Shown here: positions 25,703 through 39,469 of the stretch, in pieces
How the letters are laid out: every line of letters starts with the position of its first letter
Numbering within the stretch: the stretch's first letter is position 1
Source: Lingula anatina
Lineage: Eukaryota > Animalia > Brachiopoda
Direction of reading: 5' to 3'
DNA: 64,000 nucleotides
NCBI GenBank assembly: GCA_051362555.1
Contig: CM120647.1
Coordinates: 7,998,001 to 8,062,000, forward strand
Position numbers and translations under genes: made by a program
The notes under the pieces: generated by a model
Told to the model about the DNA's origin: nothing
Seen by the model: the letters and a program-made list of their open reading frames with translations, nothing else
Database searches by the model: none

Positions 25703-27364
25703 CACTCTTGCCCAAAATGGTTGGTACACGGAAATTTTGAGATGCATATCGCCCTGTTTCTTTCATTATTATTGATAGTACCAAATTAAAACTGTTTATA
25801 TTGTTAAATATGTGAAGCTGGGGGATTGGTTAAGTCATGGAGAAACAACCAATGCAAATGTGAAAAAAGCGTTAATTTATTTAGGTTTTTTTTCTCATGC
25901 CCCAAAAAAGAGTACCTTTTTTTACATAACAGTACCAAGTGAAAAATTAAACATAAATTTATACTGTGATTGACAATTAATATGAAATTAGGGGAAATTG
26001 TCAAGAAACATCTTCAGAGTTCATTATTAATCTTAATAGCGGGTATGCCCACCCCGAGCTTGGATAATGGCCGCCAAACGGCGTGGCATACTGTGAACTA
26101 GAGTCACAACTCTTTGGAGAGAAATTCTGGTCCATTCATCTTGAAGGGCATCTCGCAATTCATCTAGATTTGCAGGGGGAGGGTTTCTCCTCTGAATAGC
26201 ACGACCAAATTCGTCCCACATGTGCTCAATTGGGTTTGCATCTGGGCTTCTTGCTGGCTGTGGCATCAGCTGAATGCTGTTTTGTCGGATAAAGTCTGCA
26301 ATTAAGCGGGCTGTGTGTTGAGTTGCATTGTCATGTTGCAATCTAAAATTGTCTCTGTATATCCCTCTTGCGAATGGCTAAATGTTCTCCTGGAGAATGT
26401 CTCTGTATCTGGCAGCGTTAAGGTTTTCATCCAGAGGAAGCAATGGGCAAATGCCGTTGCTGCAAATGGCACCCCAAAACTTGTACAGAACCACCTCCTC
26501 CAGCTATGAGAGTGCGTAGGCTCCCTGGGGGAGGCTGTTTACTGAAAATATCCAGGAAACAATAGCTGGAGGAGGTGGTTATGTACATGTTTGGGGTGCC
26601 ATTTGCAGCAATGGCATTTGCCCATTGGTTCCTCTGGATGAAAACCTTAACGCTGCCAGATACAGAGACATTCTCCAGCAGAACCTGGAACCGTTCGCAA
26701 GAGGGATATACAGAGACAATTTTAGATTGCAACATGACAATGCAACTCAACACACAGCCCGCTTAATTGCAGACTTTATCCGACAAAACAACATTCAGCT
26801 GATGCCACAGCCAGCAATAAGCCCAGATGCAAACCCAATTGAGCACATGTGGGACGAACGTGGTCGTGCTATTCAGAGGAGAAACCCTCCCCGTGCAAAT
26901 CTAGATGAATTGCGAGATGCCCTTCAAGATGAATGGACCAGAATTTCTCTCCAAAGAGTTGTGACTCTAGTTCACAGTATGCCACGCCGTTTGGCGGCCA
27001 TTATCCAAGCTCGGGGTGGGCATACCCGCTATTGAGATTAATAATGAACTCTGAAGATGTTTCTTGACAATTTTCCCTAATTTCATATTAATTGTCAATC
27101 ACAGTAAAAATTTATGTTTAATTTTTCACTTGGTACTGTTATGTAAAATAAAGTACTTTTTTGGGGCCATGAGAAAAAAAACCTAAATAAATTAACGCTT
27201 TTTTCACACTTGCATTGGTTGTTTCTCCTTGACTTTACCAATCCTCCAGCTTCACATATTTAACAATATAAACAGTATTAATTTGGTAATATCAATAATA
27301 ATGAAAGAAACAGGGCGATATGCATCTCAAAATTTCCGTGTACCAACCATTTTGGGCAAGAGTG
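25703..27364. mobile_element. Palindromic non-autonomous Tc1/mariner (DD34E) derivative with TA target-site duplication
   Basis: Ends CACTCTTGCCCAAAATGG / CCATTTTGGGCAAGAGTG flanked by TA. Arms 25703-26507 and 26562-27364 are inverted copies of the transposase 3' half plus the right end. Confidence 0.9.
26562..27035 (+). pseudogene. Tc1 transposase C-terminal fragment (mirror copy at 26033-26507 on -)
   Basis: GGGYVHVWGAI, QHDNA...SPDANPIEH (D34E spacing), SMPRRL..GGHTRY. No DNA-binding domain or first catalytic Asp. Confidence 0.9.
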
Positions 27365-27642
27365 TAGTTTAAGGGAATCTTATCTAACTCAAGAAACAAG
27401 GAAGTCAAGGGTACCGTATCTTGGGTGCATTCCATTTTTTCCTATCGTACAAATCCTTGGATTTCTCTTTATTTTTTGATAAAGTAATCTTGTTGGATCT
27501 TGTATGTTATCAAGTAATGCGTCCGTCAAACGTTGATAACTTTGCTTGGTACAAACTGGGCTGGCAACTTGAATCTGACTTATTTCCAACCTTTCCGGAG
27601 AAGGAAATAAAATATTAATATTCTTGTGTCCGATCGGAAAGA

Positions 27643-30600
27643 ATGAAACCCACTGGACTGCTCACTGTGTTAGGATTTCTTTTTGCTTCCACTCAAGGTA
27701 AGCAAAATATGAATGTTTTGTTCCTAGATGTATGGTTATAAATAAAATTTACAATATTTACTTATTGAAAAGAAATTAGTTTAACAAATATCAATCATAT
27801 TGTGACTTATGTTACTGCGTTATGTTATGTTATAGCATTCCGTTAGATTCGAAATGATTTAACTGGTTATGTCATAATTTTTTACATAAAATTTAAAAAT
27901 ATTAAAGTATTAAAATTTGTAAATTTATTTAACAGATTATGTCACAATTCATTTAATTTATTTAACTAATAAATCACAATAATTCATAATTAATTTAATT
28001 ATTTAACTAATTTATTTAATTGGTTATGCCATAATTCTTTACTTAAAATGTTGGCACTTTTTAAAGTATTAAAGTATTTAAATATTTATTTCCATAAAGC
28101 AAATCATTTCCGTGGTGGAAGCATAAGCTGGGAGGCGACACCGAACAACCCATTAGAAGTAAGTGAGCATTTTTTTACAGCTAGGCGGCTTGTAGGGAAT
28201 ACGCCCAGGCGTAATCTGCCATGATCCGCAATTTAGGCATGATCAGATTTAGCTCAAATACTTGGGGTAGCTGTTGAAGTTATTTCAAACATTTATCTCG
28301 ATACGAAAAGACGCTTAATTAAGGTTACGCTCAAGAGGATCTTACCTTTTTTTTTTTTTACAAAATATTATATTGCTTTCTGGGTATACTTTTTTTGTTT
28401 TTTATGGATGGTGCTAAATACACGCGGAGTCTTTTTACGGTATCACAGAGAGCATTTGAGGTTTAGTCTTGACAAACCGCCATGCTGCTTGTAATTTAGG
28501 CACTTGGACACATGGACTAGGTTCTCATACTTAGATCGATCTAACAGGATCGATCCATCTCCAAGGGGTTTCTCATTAAATTACCTTCAGCTTAAGCGGC
28601 TAAGATGTCTGGTACACCTTCTGAAGCTGCTAAACAATAGCAGCGTCAGTAGGCGTGATAGACATTTAAGCCGCTTAAGCTGATAGCAATTTACCGAGAA
28701 TCCCCTTGGAGATAGAACGATCCACAGTTAGTACGATAGGGTCTGGGAATGCAAGGGGGTTTTTCGAATGCTGAGAGTAACACCAGTCAAAACGTAATCA
28801 AACGCCACCACATATTTGAGAAAATACCAAAGGACATACTAATTTTATATTTTCCAAAAATGATATAGGAACGGATTTTTCAGATTTTCTGTGCTATAAA
28901 TATTTTTCGGCAGTCTCGTTTGAATCATATAACATGCAATTGCACGTTCAGCTATACATCCATGCATGGGAATAAGAGTGTTAGCTATGAGCAGCACTAA
29001 GTTATTTAGCAGATCTTCTTGAACTGAAGGGACAGATAAATAGGTCGAATTACGACCGTAATTTGAAGAAGGTGCAATTTAAAAGGAAGTTTTGGCTTAA
29101 AGAGAGATATAATTTGATAATAAAATTTTATAATTGGCATGTCTACTTAATTTTAGTTGTTTAAAAATTTTTAACCTAGTACAGGTGTTTTAGGTGCGTT
29201 ACTGGAAGTCCATGCTTGCTATGTGCAAGTGTGTATCTTAAACATCGTCGGACTCATTTTCGGTTTTGATATAGTAGCAATATCCAGCAGTGAAACCGAC
29301 TTTATTATCAAACAGCCATACCTTCTTAATTTAATGTAACTGGATTTATGGTGCATACAAAGGTACACCATAATTGATAAGTATTCACTTTAAGGTATTT
29401 ACTTTGATACCTTTTTTTTACGATCGGTAAAGTTAACTTTACGGGGTATGCATGCACTGGTACTGTACATCTCTGTTAAATACGTGGTAAAACGCATTTC
29501 TCTAGACTCTTTTGTCGCTTTTTAGAAGTTTGATATAGTTAACATTCATCTGTTTTGAACGTCCGAAAAGCAATTAGCAGTTTGAATATACAAATTAATG
29601 TTGCCATATTACCAGGGAACGTTTTGATATCATATTATCTATAGATTTTAATATTGTCGCTTTCGTCTTGATACTCAATACGTTTTGCAAGGTATTTATG
29701 GTTCCACCATGAGAAGCTTGAAAATAAATACAGGATTTTTATCATAATAATAATAAAGTCCTGTCGGATTTAAAAATATAGTGTTTGGTACATGAATTCA
29801 CCGGTTTACCTCTGGCTTTAGGTAATTTTCCGCTACCGGACAGCATGGAAATTGTATAGAGGTCCGTGCGGATCCAATTGTTCGGTTCATAGCATAGGAC
29901 AAAGAGGTTCTGATGGTAATGGAGCATGGAAGTGTTTATCAGGTAGGAGACTGTGCATTTTTAGGCAGATACCTGTAATTGTTCGACTACGAGTATGTAT
30001 ATATCGGAGGCTAGATCCCAATCTAGTCCAGTTTATAGGCCAGATCCTAATTGGGTCTTTGCATTATTAACAGCATAATGGGCATGTTAATTGGCCAAGC
30101 AATTTACAAGTGAGCTGCCAGTTTGTTTGTGTGGCGTGCGTAATTAGATAGTGGATGTTATAGATAAAGGCATATATTATGATATAGGTGTGGCAATGAA
30201 AACAAATTGTATTTGTCTAGATCTGTTACGATCTATATCTGCAAATACCCAGTTGGGTTCTGGCCTAGGCCAGTTAATAACTGGACTAGATTGGGATCTG
30301 GTCTGTGACATGTATGTGTGTTTGTTTATGCATGTTTGTATAGATAGCAACTCTCATGTCGTTGCTTCATGTCGCCCATTGAATAATACTGAGGAAGAAT
30401 ATATTGCAGTCAAAGCAACACTAGTATTACGCTTCTTTTACAATGTATTTATTTATAATGGCATCGTTATTTGTTATTAGGGCTTTATTATTATTACATG
30501 ACGTTGAAAACGAATGATATTTTTAATCGCGAAAAAGATGAAGTACGTTCTGCTTGGGACGATCACCCTGAAATTAAAGAGGTAGTTACAATGTCGGCAT

Positions 30601-33600
30601 CAGACTAGGAAGTGACAAGCAAAGGTTCATTTACTGGAAATTAAATTATTTCCCCCCTTTGTCATCAAGGTACATCATATTCTTATCTGTTGACAAAATC
30701 ACCATGTAATAAAACAAAAGCTCAACCAAAAGTCTATATACAGGCATACATGTATTAATATGTATATAGATATAAACTACAGGCCATTCTGCTTTTAAAA
30801 CGATTCCTTTAGCTTACTTCTTGCGGTGTATCAGGGCTCCGTATCTCGAAAGGTTCGCTATGTTGCGCACGTGCGCAAGTGTCTCGATTCCATGGCCCCG
30901 TATCTCGAAATAGAATCGGTTATGGAATCGAGACACTTGCGAACCTTTCGAGATACGGAGCCCAAATAAAGCGTGCTAAATTACGCAAAAATATTAAACC
31001 TTTGATCTCCAGGGTGCTTAACACAGTTACCTGTACACGACCACGGTTACACTGTGACAGGAGTGAGCACGAGCGAAGACTGGGAACAAGGGGAAGAAAC
31101 TTTCAACTATACATTTTCGAACCCCGGAAGGTTTTTGGTCGGGTACGGTTAAATTAAATGTCAATATTCCTTGATATCTTTTTGTATTTTAAAATGTATT
31201 TTGAACAGATATGTTAGAACTTCTTCTTTAAAAATCGTTCCAGTAGTATGGAATAAGATGATCACGCAACATCAACTCTTCCCACGCTTTTACATCCAAT
31301 CCCTTAATCAAAAATGTCGAATGTTAGTCAACAATAAATTGTAACTTGGGCATTAAAATTAAGATTAACATTGTCTTTGAGTTTGCTTTGGAAGACGTTA
31401 AAATGTTGCCCACACAGCTTCAATTATTAAAAACATTATACGTGAACAGTTTTAGAGGGAGTGCTTGGATCGCTTTGGCTAATGGCAAAGGTAGCAGTTT
31501 TTGGAGCGTACAGACCATGGTGAATCTTGGCGTCCGCAATGACACAGGCAACCCTAATGCCAGTCCAGCCACATTGAGTCAACCCTTCTACAGGCAAGTT
31601 GTTTTTTTTTATTATATCACTGGCAGTTACATACTTGTTTTTTTTTGTCCCTACCGAGTATCAAGCCGTAATATCCAGAATTCGCTAGAGTTCAAAACAT
31701 CGAATTCATTGATATTCAGAACTGCTTTTAGAAATCGAATATCAACTGTTTAAGTATAATTATATGCCAATTTTGAGGTTTTGCCATTTTCTTGCTGTCA
31801 CTATTTTACCACCTTTCTTTATCAAATTGAAACAAAGAAGTATGTACTGCTAGATTTGTTATATGAGGACACAAATAAGTTTCAGATTGTAAAATAAACT
31901 TTAAACATCCAATGGTAGCATGTTGTGGTGATAGGGACCACATTTTTTGTTTATGATGAACTCGCTTGTGGAAGATTAAGCCATGTAATTATTTAAGAGT
32001 GCAAGCCGGATGCCCGTTCAACTTGGACATTCCTGTCACCGACGCTGATGGTGACCATGTCCGTTGCCGATGGTCGCGAGGACAAGAGTGCGCTTCTGTT
32101 TGCGGAGCTCTCCCTGGAGCGAAGTTGTACTCAGTAAGTTGATTTTGCTTGCATACAAGCCGGCATCGCAAAACATAGAAAGAATATCATGGAAGTTCCT
32201 ACCCCTTTGTCTTATTGAATATCCAAAGTACATGTATCAGGTTAAGTGCATTTGACCGTTTTCAAATGCACTTTAATCAATATTTAACCTCTGTTTTCTG
32301 AATTCTGATTTATATGTATTAAGGTATTTGAGTTATTGCTATTTTGAAGACCGAGGTTGGTTAACGAATGAGTATATTTGCTTCAAAGACTCCAATCTTT
32401 GTTGCCATCATCAAATCCCACAAAATAGCAATACGTCACACTTTCCAACTACACATTTCTTCCGTCAAGGTATTTTAATCAATGAACATGCAGGTATTTA
32501 TTAAGAATTTGACCACGACGTTGTAGTAGCGGAACTCTTGACCCACGCCACACCTGTCCGTCTTCATTTATTGTATAGATAATTCACATTGACATTTCTT
32601 GCAGAATTGCACCCTGGATATCCCACTGATTGCTGGATCCAACAGAGCAAGTCCTTGGCTTGCTGCTGCCATTACTATAGAGGACTTCCCGGTGTTAGAC
32701 ATAACGCAGGGTGGTGTCCATAAGACCTCTGTCACGCCCCTGTCATCCATACCGTTACAGGTGCGTAGAAACCAATACTATATTAATTTTTGGCAAATTT
32801 CAAAGAGAATACATGTACATGTATGTATATACAGCATAAATCATAGTGATGTGGATCCATTGAGTAATCAACATTGCAAGAAACCATGGATAATTATTTT
32901 TAAAGTAAAAGACCACATCTCGACATAATGATTATGCGCGTAGATTAAGACTGCATTCCCACAGATTTAGATCAATCCCTCTGGGTTCATGCTAAATTGC
33001 TGTCAGCCGAGTGCGCACGGAAGATAATTACCCCCTTACAGCTTTTAGTAGGCGGGGCAGACATTTACATTTTAGCCGACTAAACTGACATTAATCTAGT
33101 GAGATTACCCACGGGGATAGATCGATCTATATCTGTGGGAATGCAGTCTAAGTTTATTGAACAATTTTCGTCATCCAATAGAATTAGAATCAACACAAAC
33201 TAAATTCTGGAATTCTACGGTTAAATATATTACACTTGTGTTATCACATCCACTATCAAGATAGGAATTTGACTATCTAGCAGTGCAATTAAACGCCTTT
33301 CATATGTCTTTCTTGCATGTATTTGTACAATATATCGTGTAAATCATGCATGATGAAGAGGTAATGTTGTAGTTTCAAAAGCTTGTTTATCATTTTTATA
33401 TCCCTACGTGGATGGCGCCATGGATCTGCAGAATATTTTGTATTGCAGTTCCTGATGAAGATACAAAACACTGGCAGGACACACAACAGACAGGCATGCG
33501 ATGTTAAACCATCGATACTGAATGCAGGCCATAACAGTGAACCCTTGCCTCTCGACTTCGGAAGCACGTTTAGGAAACGGGTGTTTGCGAATGCAAGCTC

Positions 33601-35539
33601 TACGTCACATCCGTATGTATAATACTGTAGTTAGTCTTAGCATTGGCGCTATTTTTATTAATTTATGTTTAATGTTTGTTATATTTAAAATATGCCACTG
33701 GTATAAATTTATTTTTATAAAAAATTATATACGCTTATTGATGATATAACGTGGTCCGTTATTGAAGAAACATTAGTATACATTTTGAATGGGTAATATC
33801 TGATCTTAGTGAAATAAGGAAACAACAACTTGCGTGAAGGTTGCATTCATCTCTTTGTGGAATGCTTTATTCATTTATTTTATTTTTGTCCACCATATTT
33901 TAAAGATTTAGTCTCCAAAACGTAGAGTAAAATTATGAATGTTAGCTGTAATTTTCAACAATTTATCAAAATAATAAAAAAATTCAATAACCTTTGTATA
34001 GAAGTATCATATTGTAGAGAAAAAAACGCCAGGGATAATTACGAGTAAGATCAGATGCTACGGGAAAAATAATAGAAACAAATATATAAAACAGAAAACG
34101 AAAAAGGTACTACTATGGCCTCCATATAAGACTTGCGTAATCATGTTTTCTGATGCTATAGAATCACCGAAATCAAGGCATTTGGGCCTGCCGGGATGAA
34201 AGTGCTTCCACTTGGAACTCTAAGCAACATCACAAAATACGTCGATGTCTATTGGACGCCGTCTTCTGATCAGACCGGGGAGGTCATCGTCTGTTACCAG
34301 GCCAAGGATTCAGCAGGGTAATCTTGTCTTAGGGACCATTCCCACAGATATTTGGATCGATCTACCTCCCTGGGGAGTCTCACTAAATTGCTATCAACTT
34401 AACCAGCTTAAATGTCTGTCACGCCTAGTAAAGCTGTTAGGGGGTCATTATCTTTACACCCTAGCTGATTCGGTAGGCTTGACAGTCATTTTAGCCGGTT
34501 AGTTGATAGCAATTTAGTGAGACTCTCCAGGGAGTTAGATCGATCCAGATGAATTGATCTAGGCATGGGAACCCAGTCTTAGGGGCCATTCCCAGACCCT
34601 ATCGTACTAACTGTGAATCGATCTATCTCCAATTGTATTTTCGCTAAATTGCAATCAACCTAAGCTGCTTAGATATCTGTCTACTGAGGGGTAATTAATC
34701 ATCCTTTAGCAGCTTCAGACATCCTTTAGCGTGTTAGACATCTAAGCCGTTTAAGCTGAAGGCAATTTAATGAGAAACCCCCTGAAGAAGGATTGATCCT
34801 GTTAGATCGATCTAGGTATGGAAACTCAGTCGTACTTTGCGTACAGAAATGTCCTTCACTTGTTGTTTTTTAACTGATGAGTTGAGGCGATGTAATAAAT
34901 ACTGGTACGACATACGGAAAGAAACGGTGAATCGGGTAAATAGAAATGTAACAGAAAATGATATAGAGAAGGATAAAAAGTGGGAAGTCTGTTATTCAGA
35001 TTTGAAAATAACACGTATTTATCATGCTCATCATATGGTCATTATTCTTGCTTGGTGATACATTTCTAGTCTGTTAAATATTTTTCAGCAAATCAAGTGA
35101 TTCTGTGTGTGACACAATCAAGATAAACGGTAAATTAACCCTCAAAGTCCACCAATTGCAATTAACTGAGTCGTTATGTCAAACTCGGTCAATTCGTTGT
35201 TTGTCTATGTTTCATTTAAATACTGTCACCTTTGTTTTTCTTTGTTTATTAACTGAGCCACACAATTATATCTGAGTAAATCGCATAAACAGAATATTAC
35301 ATAATACATAAGCAGCTTTAATTGAATCATGTTCTTCTGAATTAATGTATAGTATCTGATTTCATTTCAGCAGAACCGGTAACCAGAGCACCGGGTAATA
35401 CACGGATAATTTTTGACTAATCCATAACATGTCAAATCTAAAAAAAAATAAATAAATAAATAAATGATTAAAATTGAGATTTTGCATAAATAAGTAAATA
35501 GATGTTTGCGATTTCTTGCACGACAACAACAACAAAAAC

Positions 35540-35574
<35 letters not shown>

Positions 35575-37643
35575 TAATAATAATTATTATTATTATTATT
35601 AACGTCAACACAAAAGAAGTATAGTGTTCTAAAAAAGTATACAGGTAAGGTACTGCAGTGCAAGAGCGGTCTTGGTAAAAACGTTTATTTCAAATTTTAA
35701 TTTTATTTTAACTGATGTTATGTATGTGAAGTACATTCATTATCTTGATATAACTTATTACCAAATTTCATGTAGACTTCCTTACTTTGACAGCATCCAT
35801 TAGTGATTTGATTGCATTAGTGATTAGTGATTTTATTGTCTTTACTGCTTCGAGCATTGTTTCATTTGAATAAAAGTTTTAATACTTATATATAAGAAAA
35901 TACCATTGTTTTCTATAAGCTTTAAAGATAAAAAATTACTACCACTTTGTCTCTCTTTCCTTTCTTAGTCACATACAGTATATGGGCAAATCTTTAAATA
36001 GGTAAATTACGGCAATATCATACATGTATAAGCAGCTTTGAATAGTTTACTACTGAATTAGTATTTCTGCATTCATTTCAGAAAGCAGCACGGTTTCCGG
36101 GGCAAATTTTACCACAGCACAGACAACTGGTATGTTATGAGTTTACCATGACATTTCAAATGTCAACAAATTAGTAAATATTTACGAGTCCCAAATCTTT
36201 ACGAGTGAATTTTTAGGTCTTGAGACAGGCCTACCCAACTACATGTACCAGACTCGGTACCGAATGATACCGAATTCACCGGTAGATCGGACCACACAAT
36301 AGATATATATCCGTTTTCACAGTATCATACTCCAAACCAATTTTAGTGGTGATGCAGAGCTTTCCAACCCCGCTGAGAATCATCACTATCACATCGCGTA
36401 CTGGGCAAGATCGGTGTCGCGTCTGATACTTCGAAGCGGTGCCGAGTATGGTAGTTGGGTAGGCCTGTTGACAGATTCTTGTAAACTACTACTACTACTA
36501 CTTATAATAATTATGACATCTATTTATAGTCTAAAATGCAGCCGGTTTTTAGTCTTACCATAATACGGGATTGCGCCGTTTCGATTTGAGGTTGATTTAC
36601 TCATAGGTATAGAAAAAACACTTAGACACATTGTCAGTCCTTCTGGGCCTGTCATCGGCATCAATCCGAAACTGAAAACAAATATTATACGCAGATACAT
36701 TAGACCGTGACTTTGATACGTTTATAAGCGCGGATAGTATCAATTTAAATATTTCATTTTCATTAGTAATTAATTTGAATTTGCTCATTTTGGTTAAATT
36801 GTAACAATGACCAAATTTATTTCAGTGAAAATTACGAACCGACGTGGTGGACATTCACCTGGTTTCAAAGCGTGGTACTTTGCACTCATTGCCGTTGCGG
36901 CTTTGTGTCTCTCAACTACCTGCTGTGTTGCTTATTGTTGTTGGAAGAAACACAAGCCAATGTAAGTGTGGCACTACGATAAATCAGTAGTACATTCACA
37001 TCTGTTTGACTTAAGTCTAGGTTGCATTTGCCACGTGACTTCTGTAGTATATACTGCCCGTATTTTCCTTTTCGTTCCGCCTCTGCATGAATAAAAAATA
37101 AATTGTACGGATACGGATCCTTTAAACATTTCAACTGCACTCTCAATGTACGTAATACTTCTTTGCTGCATTTAAATGCAAGACTTACTGCACTTTAGGT
37201 AATCGTTTTGTATTCCTGGATAAAATGCTTTTTTTATATAGTTTGTCACATCCCACAGGCGCTGCAGCAAAATACGAGACACAGGATCAAAAGCGGCCGA
37301 AAGTATCACTGACCTTAAAAAGAAAGCAACGCCATACGAAGTCTCATGCGAAAAGAGACCGAGTTTTGTCTACCCTCCTCCGAATTACACGTTCGATGCG
37401 GTGTGTGGTGGAAGACGTAGCTTTCAAGAGGTGATGTTTCCAATGGACCAAGCAGTTGTTGGAGTCCCTGCTCCCCCCTACGATGATACCAGTGGTTCCC
37501 CCTATCGAGAAGTTAATCATTTTGGAAACTACACATATGCCGGCGAGGCACCTCCATCCGTTGTCAAGGGAGCTCTTCCACCTCTACGAATACAGTGCCC
37601 ACCTGTGTTGACCTCATCTCGAAGACCACTGCCTCCGCTTTAA
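27643..37643 (+). CDS. Type I membrane glycoprotein with N-terminal HFRGG motif (invertebrate family often labelled 'integrin beta-like'), 14 exons, ~584 aa
   Basis: Phase-compatible exons: 27643-27697, 28100-28158, 29822-29942, 31013-31142, 31450-31593 (GC donor), 31998-32133, 32605-32760, 33449-33612, 34162-34317, 35089-35129, 35371-35394, 36082-36129, 36826-36961, 37259-37643. Signal peptide, HFRGGSISW, RNDTGNPNASP, DADGDHVRCRW, PLSSIPLQF, TM followed by Cys cluster, PPxY in the tail. Confidence 0.8.
28517..28752. mobile_element. MITE family A-related copy
   Basis: Reverse-complement homologue of 34582-34830. Confidence 0.65.
30833..30963. mobile_element. Short palindromic MITE
   Basis: GGGCTCCGTATCTCGAAAGGTTCGC ... 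GCGAACCTTTCGAGATACGGAGCCC. Confidence 0.7.
32949..33148. mobile_element. MITE family A, intact, with TAA TSD (PIF/Harbinger type)
   Basis: Perfect 18-bp TIR GACTGCATTCCCACAGAT with TAA on both flanks. Confidence 0.85.
34331..34830. mobile_element. Two abutting family A-related MITEs separated by TTA
   Basis: ...GGAACCCAGTC-TTA-GGGGCCATTCCCAG... Confidence 0.7.
36226..36467. mobile_element. MITE with CAGGCCTACCCAACTAC terminal inverted repeats
   Basis: Inverted termini read directly. Confidence 0.7.
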
Positions 37644-39469
37644 GTAATTATTCTTTATAGTTTACAGAAACGGTAATTTCGTGTTATTATCTCCAATGAC
37701 AATGTTTTAGAAAAATAGATTAAACAAAATCTTAATTATAGATACACAATGCATGTTCGATTGAAAACCAAATCCGTCTGGTGTCTGTTACTTATGTAAT
37801 TTTATATAATTGAGGCAACGTTCTAGTACATCATAGATATAATCTAATAGTAGTAATACTACTTTAACCTTTCTCTTAATGGCTGTCGCAAAAGTATATG
37901 ATTACGGATGTGATTAGTTCATTCCCGCAGACAAGATAAGCCACGAGTACATTATGGTAGTAAATCATATTGCGTTTGATACATAACCATCAGATATAGA
38001 AATTGGCATCAATAGTAATGATTTATGGTTTTTGTTTTTCAAATCTTGATAATAAATGAGGTTTAATAATAATTGATGTTTATTTATTTCTTCGCAATAT
38101 ATGTTATATATTGAATGTACAGGTACAGATAGATCATAATTCATTAAACTCATACTGCCTGGTAATTATGTATCGTTCTTCATGTATGTGTCTCATTTAA
38201 CGTTCAGTTATGGTTCTCAGACTTTTCTAGAACATCTGGTGTATTTTTTACCGTTCTAATGTTGTTCTTTATTGAATGTATCAGTTCGAGAACTGTTTTT
38301 ACGAAGTCCGTCAGAATGTCCTAGAACATATTAAGAACATTTTTTCATTAAAAGAGAAAAACATTATGTTCTAGGATAGATTGAGATCCGTAGCTGAGCG
38401 TCAAATGAGAAATTTTCGCAGGAGTGGGGAAAATACAATCCGAGCAGCGCATATGTCAGCGCTCAGGGTTAGTATAGCTGACACAAAAAGCAGCAGAACA
38501 AAGTAACTCCATCATACCTACAAACTAAATAAATTAAAACACACAGACACTCATGCGATAGGAGTTTAAAGTTGAAATATGAAATTTTAGGTGTTCCATC
38601 GTTCCTTTCAAAAGCAAGACGAGAACTTTGTGAAATGGTTTTAGTTACGATTGGCCACATCTTATAAAAGAAATGCGATATCTATTAAGAACTTACATGT
38701 AAACAAATAAAGAAATGCTCATGGGATTGTAACCACGTATCACGGCAACATCTCAAAATCAGTTCACTTTCGGGAATTGCGTTAGGCGCAAGGTTCATAT
38801 TTTACTTTTATTTCTTTATTATTTTAGTATGATAAAAAAGAATGAATCACAAAATCACTTTAATTCAAAGGGGATTGTGATAGAGAAGTGTTCTTATTCA
38901 ACTTGTACTTGTCACAATATGATACCATGTTGGTACTATTGTACTGCTTGTGGAGTGGCGTAGATTGAAAAAGAATAAGCTACATAATTCTATAAATGAG
39001 TTTACATACACGTGTATATATAACTAATTGGTCCAACGTGTATGTGGATGATCCGTGTGTAACGCATGATAGAGTATTGGAAAAGGAGGTGATCCAAGTT
39101 ATAATTATAGTAACTATAGTTGCGTTAGATGTGACAGCTGGCAGTTTTACTGTGCCGGATGTGACTGAGTTTTTAAAAGTAGTTTCCGTGCGAGCGTGGA
39201 AATAAAGAAGCCACAGTCATACTTTCCTTCTCAGTGTACTTGAATCTAAAATAATTGTCGATATGTATTGAGTATCATATGCATTAACCATATGGACAAC
39301 TTATTAAGAAAGGTTGTATTTTAACGAACATAAAATGGTGCCCGTACGCATTTATCATAAATGTAAAGGAATGATATAAAACGCTAGTGAATGCAAATTG
39401 TTGATGTCGAATTGCATGTACCAGAAACAGCTTACATTGTTGTCCATAAGGATTAATTTTTATTTACTT

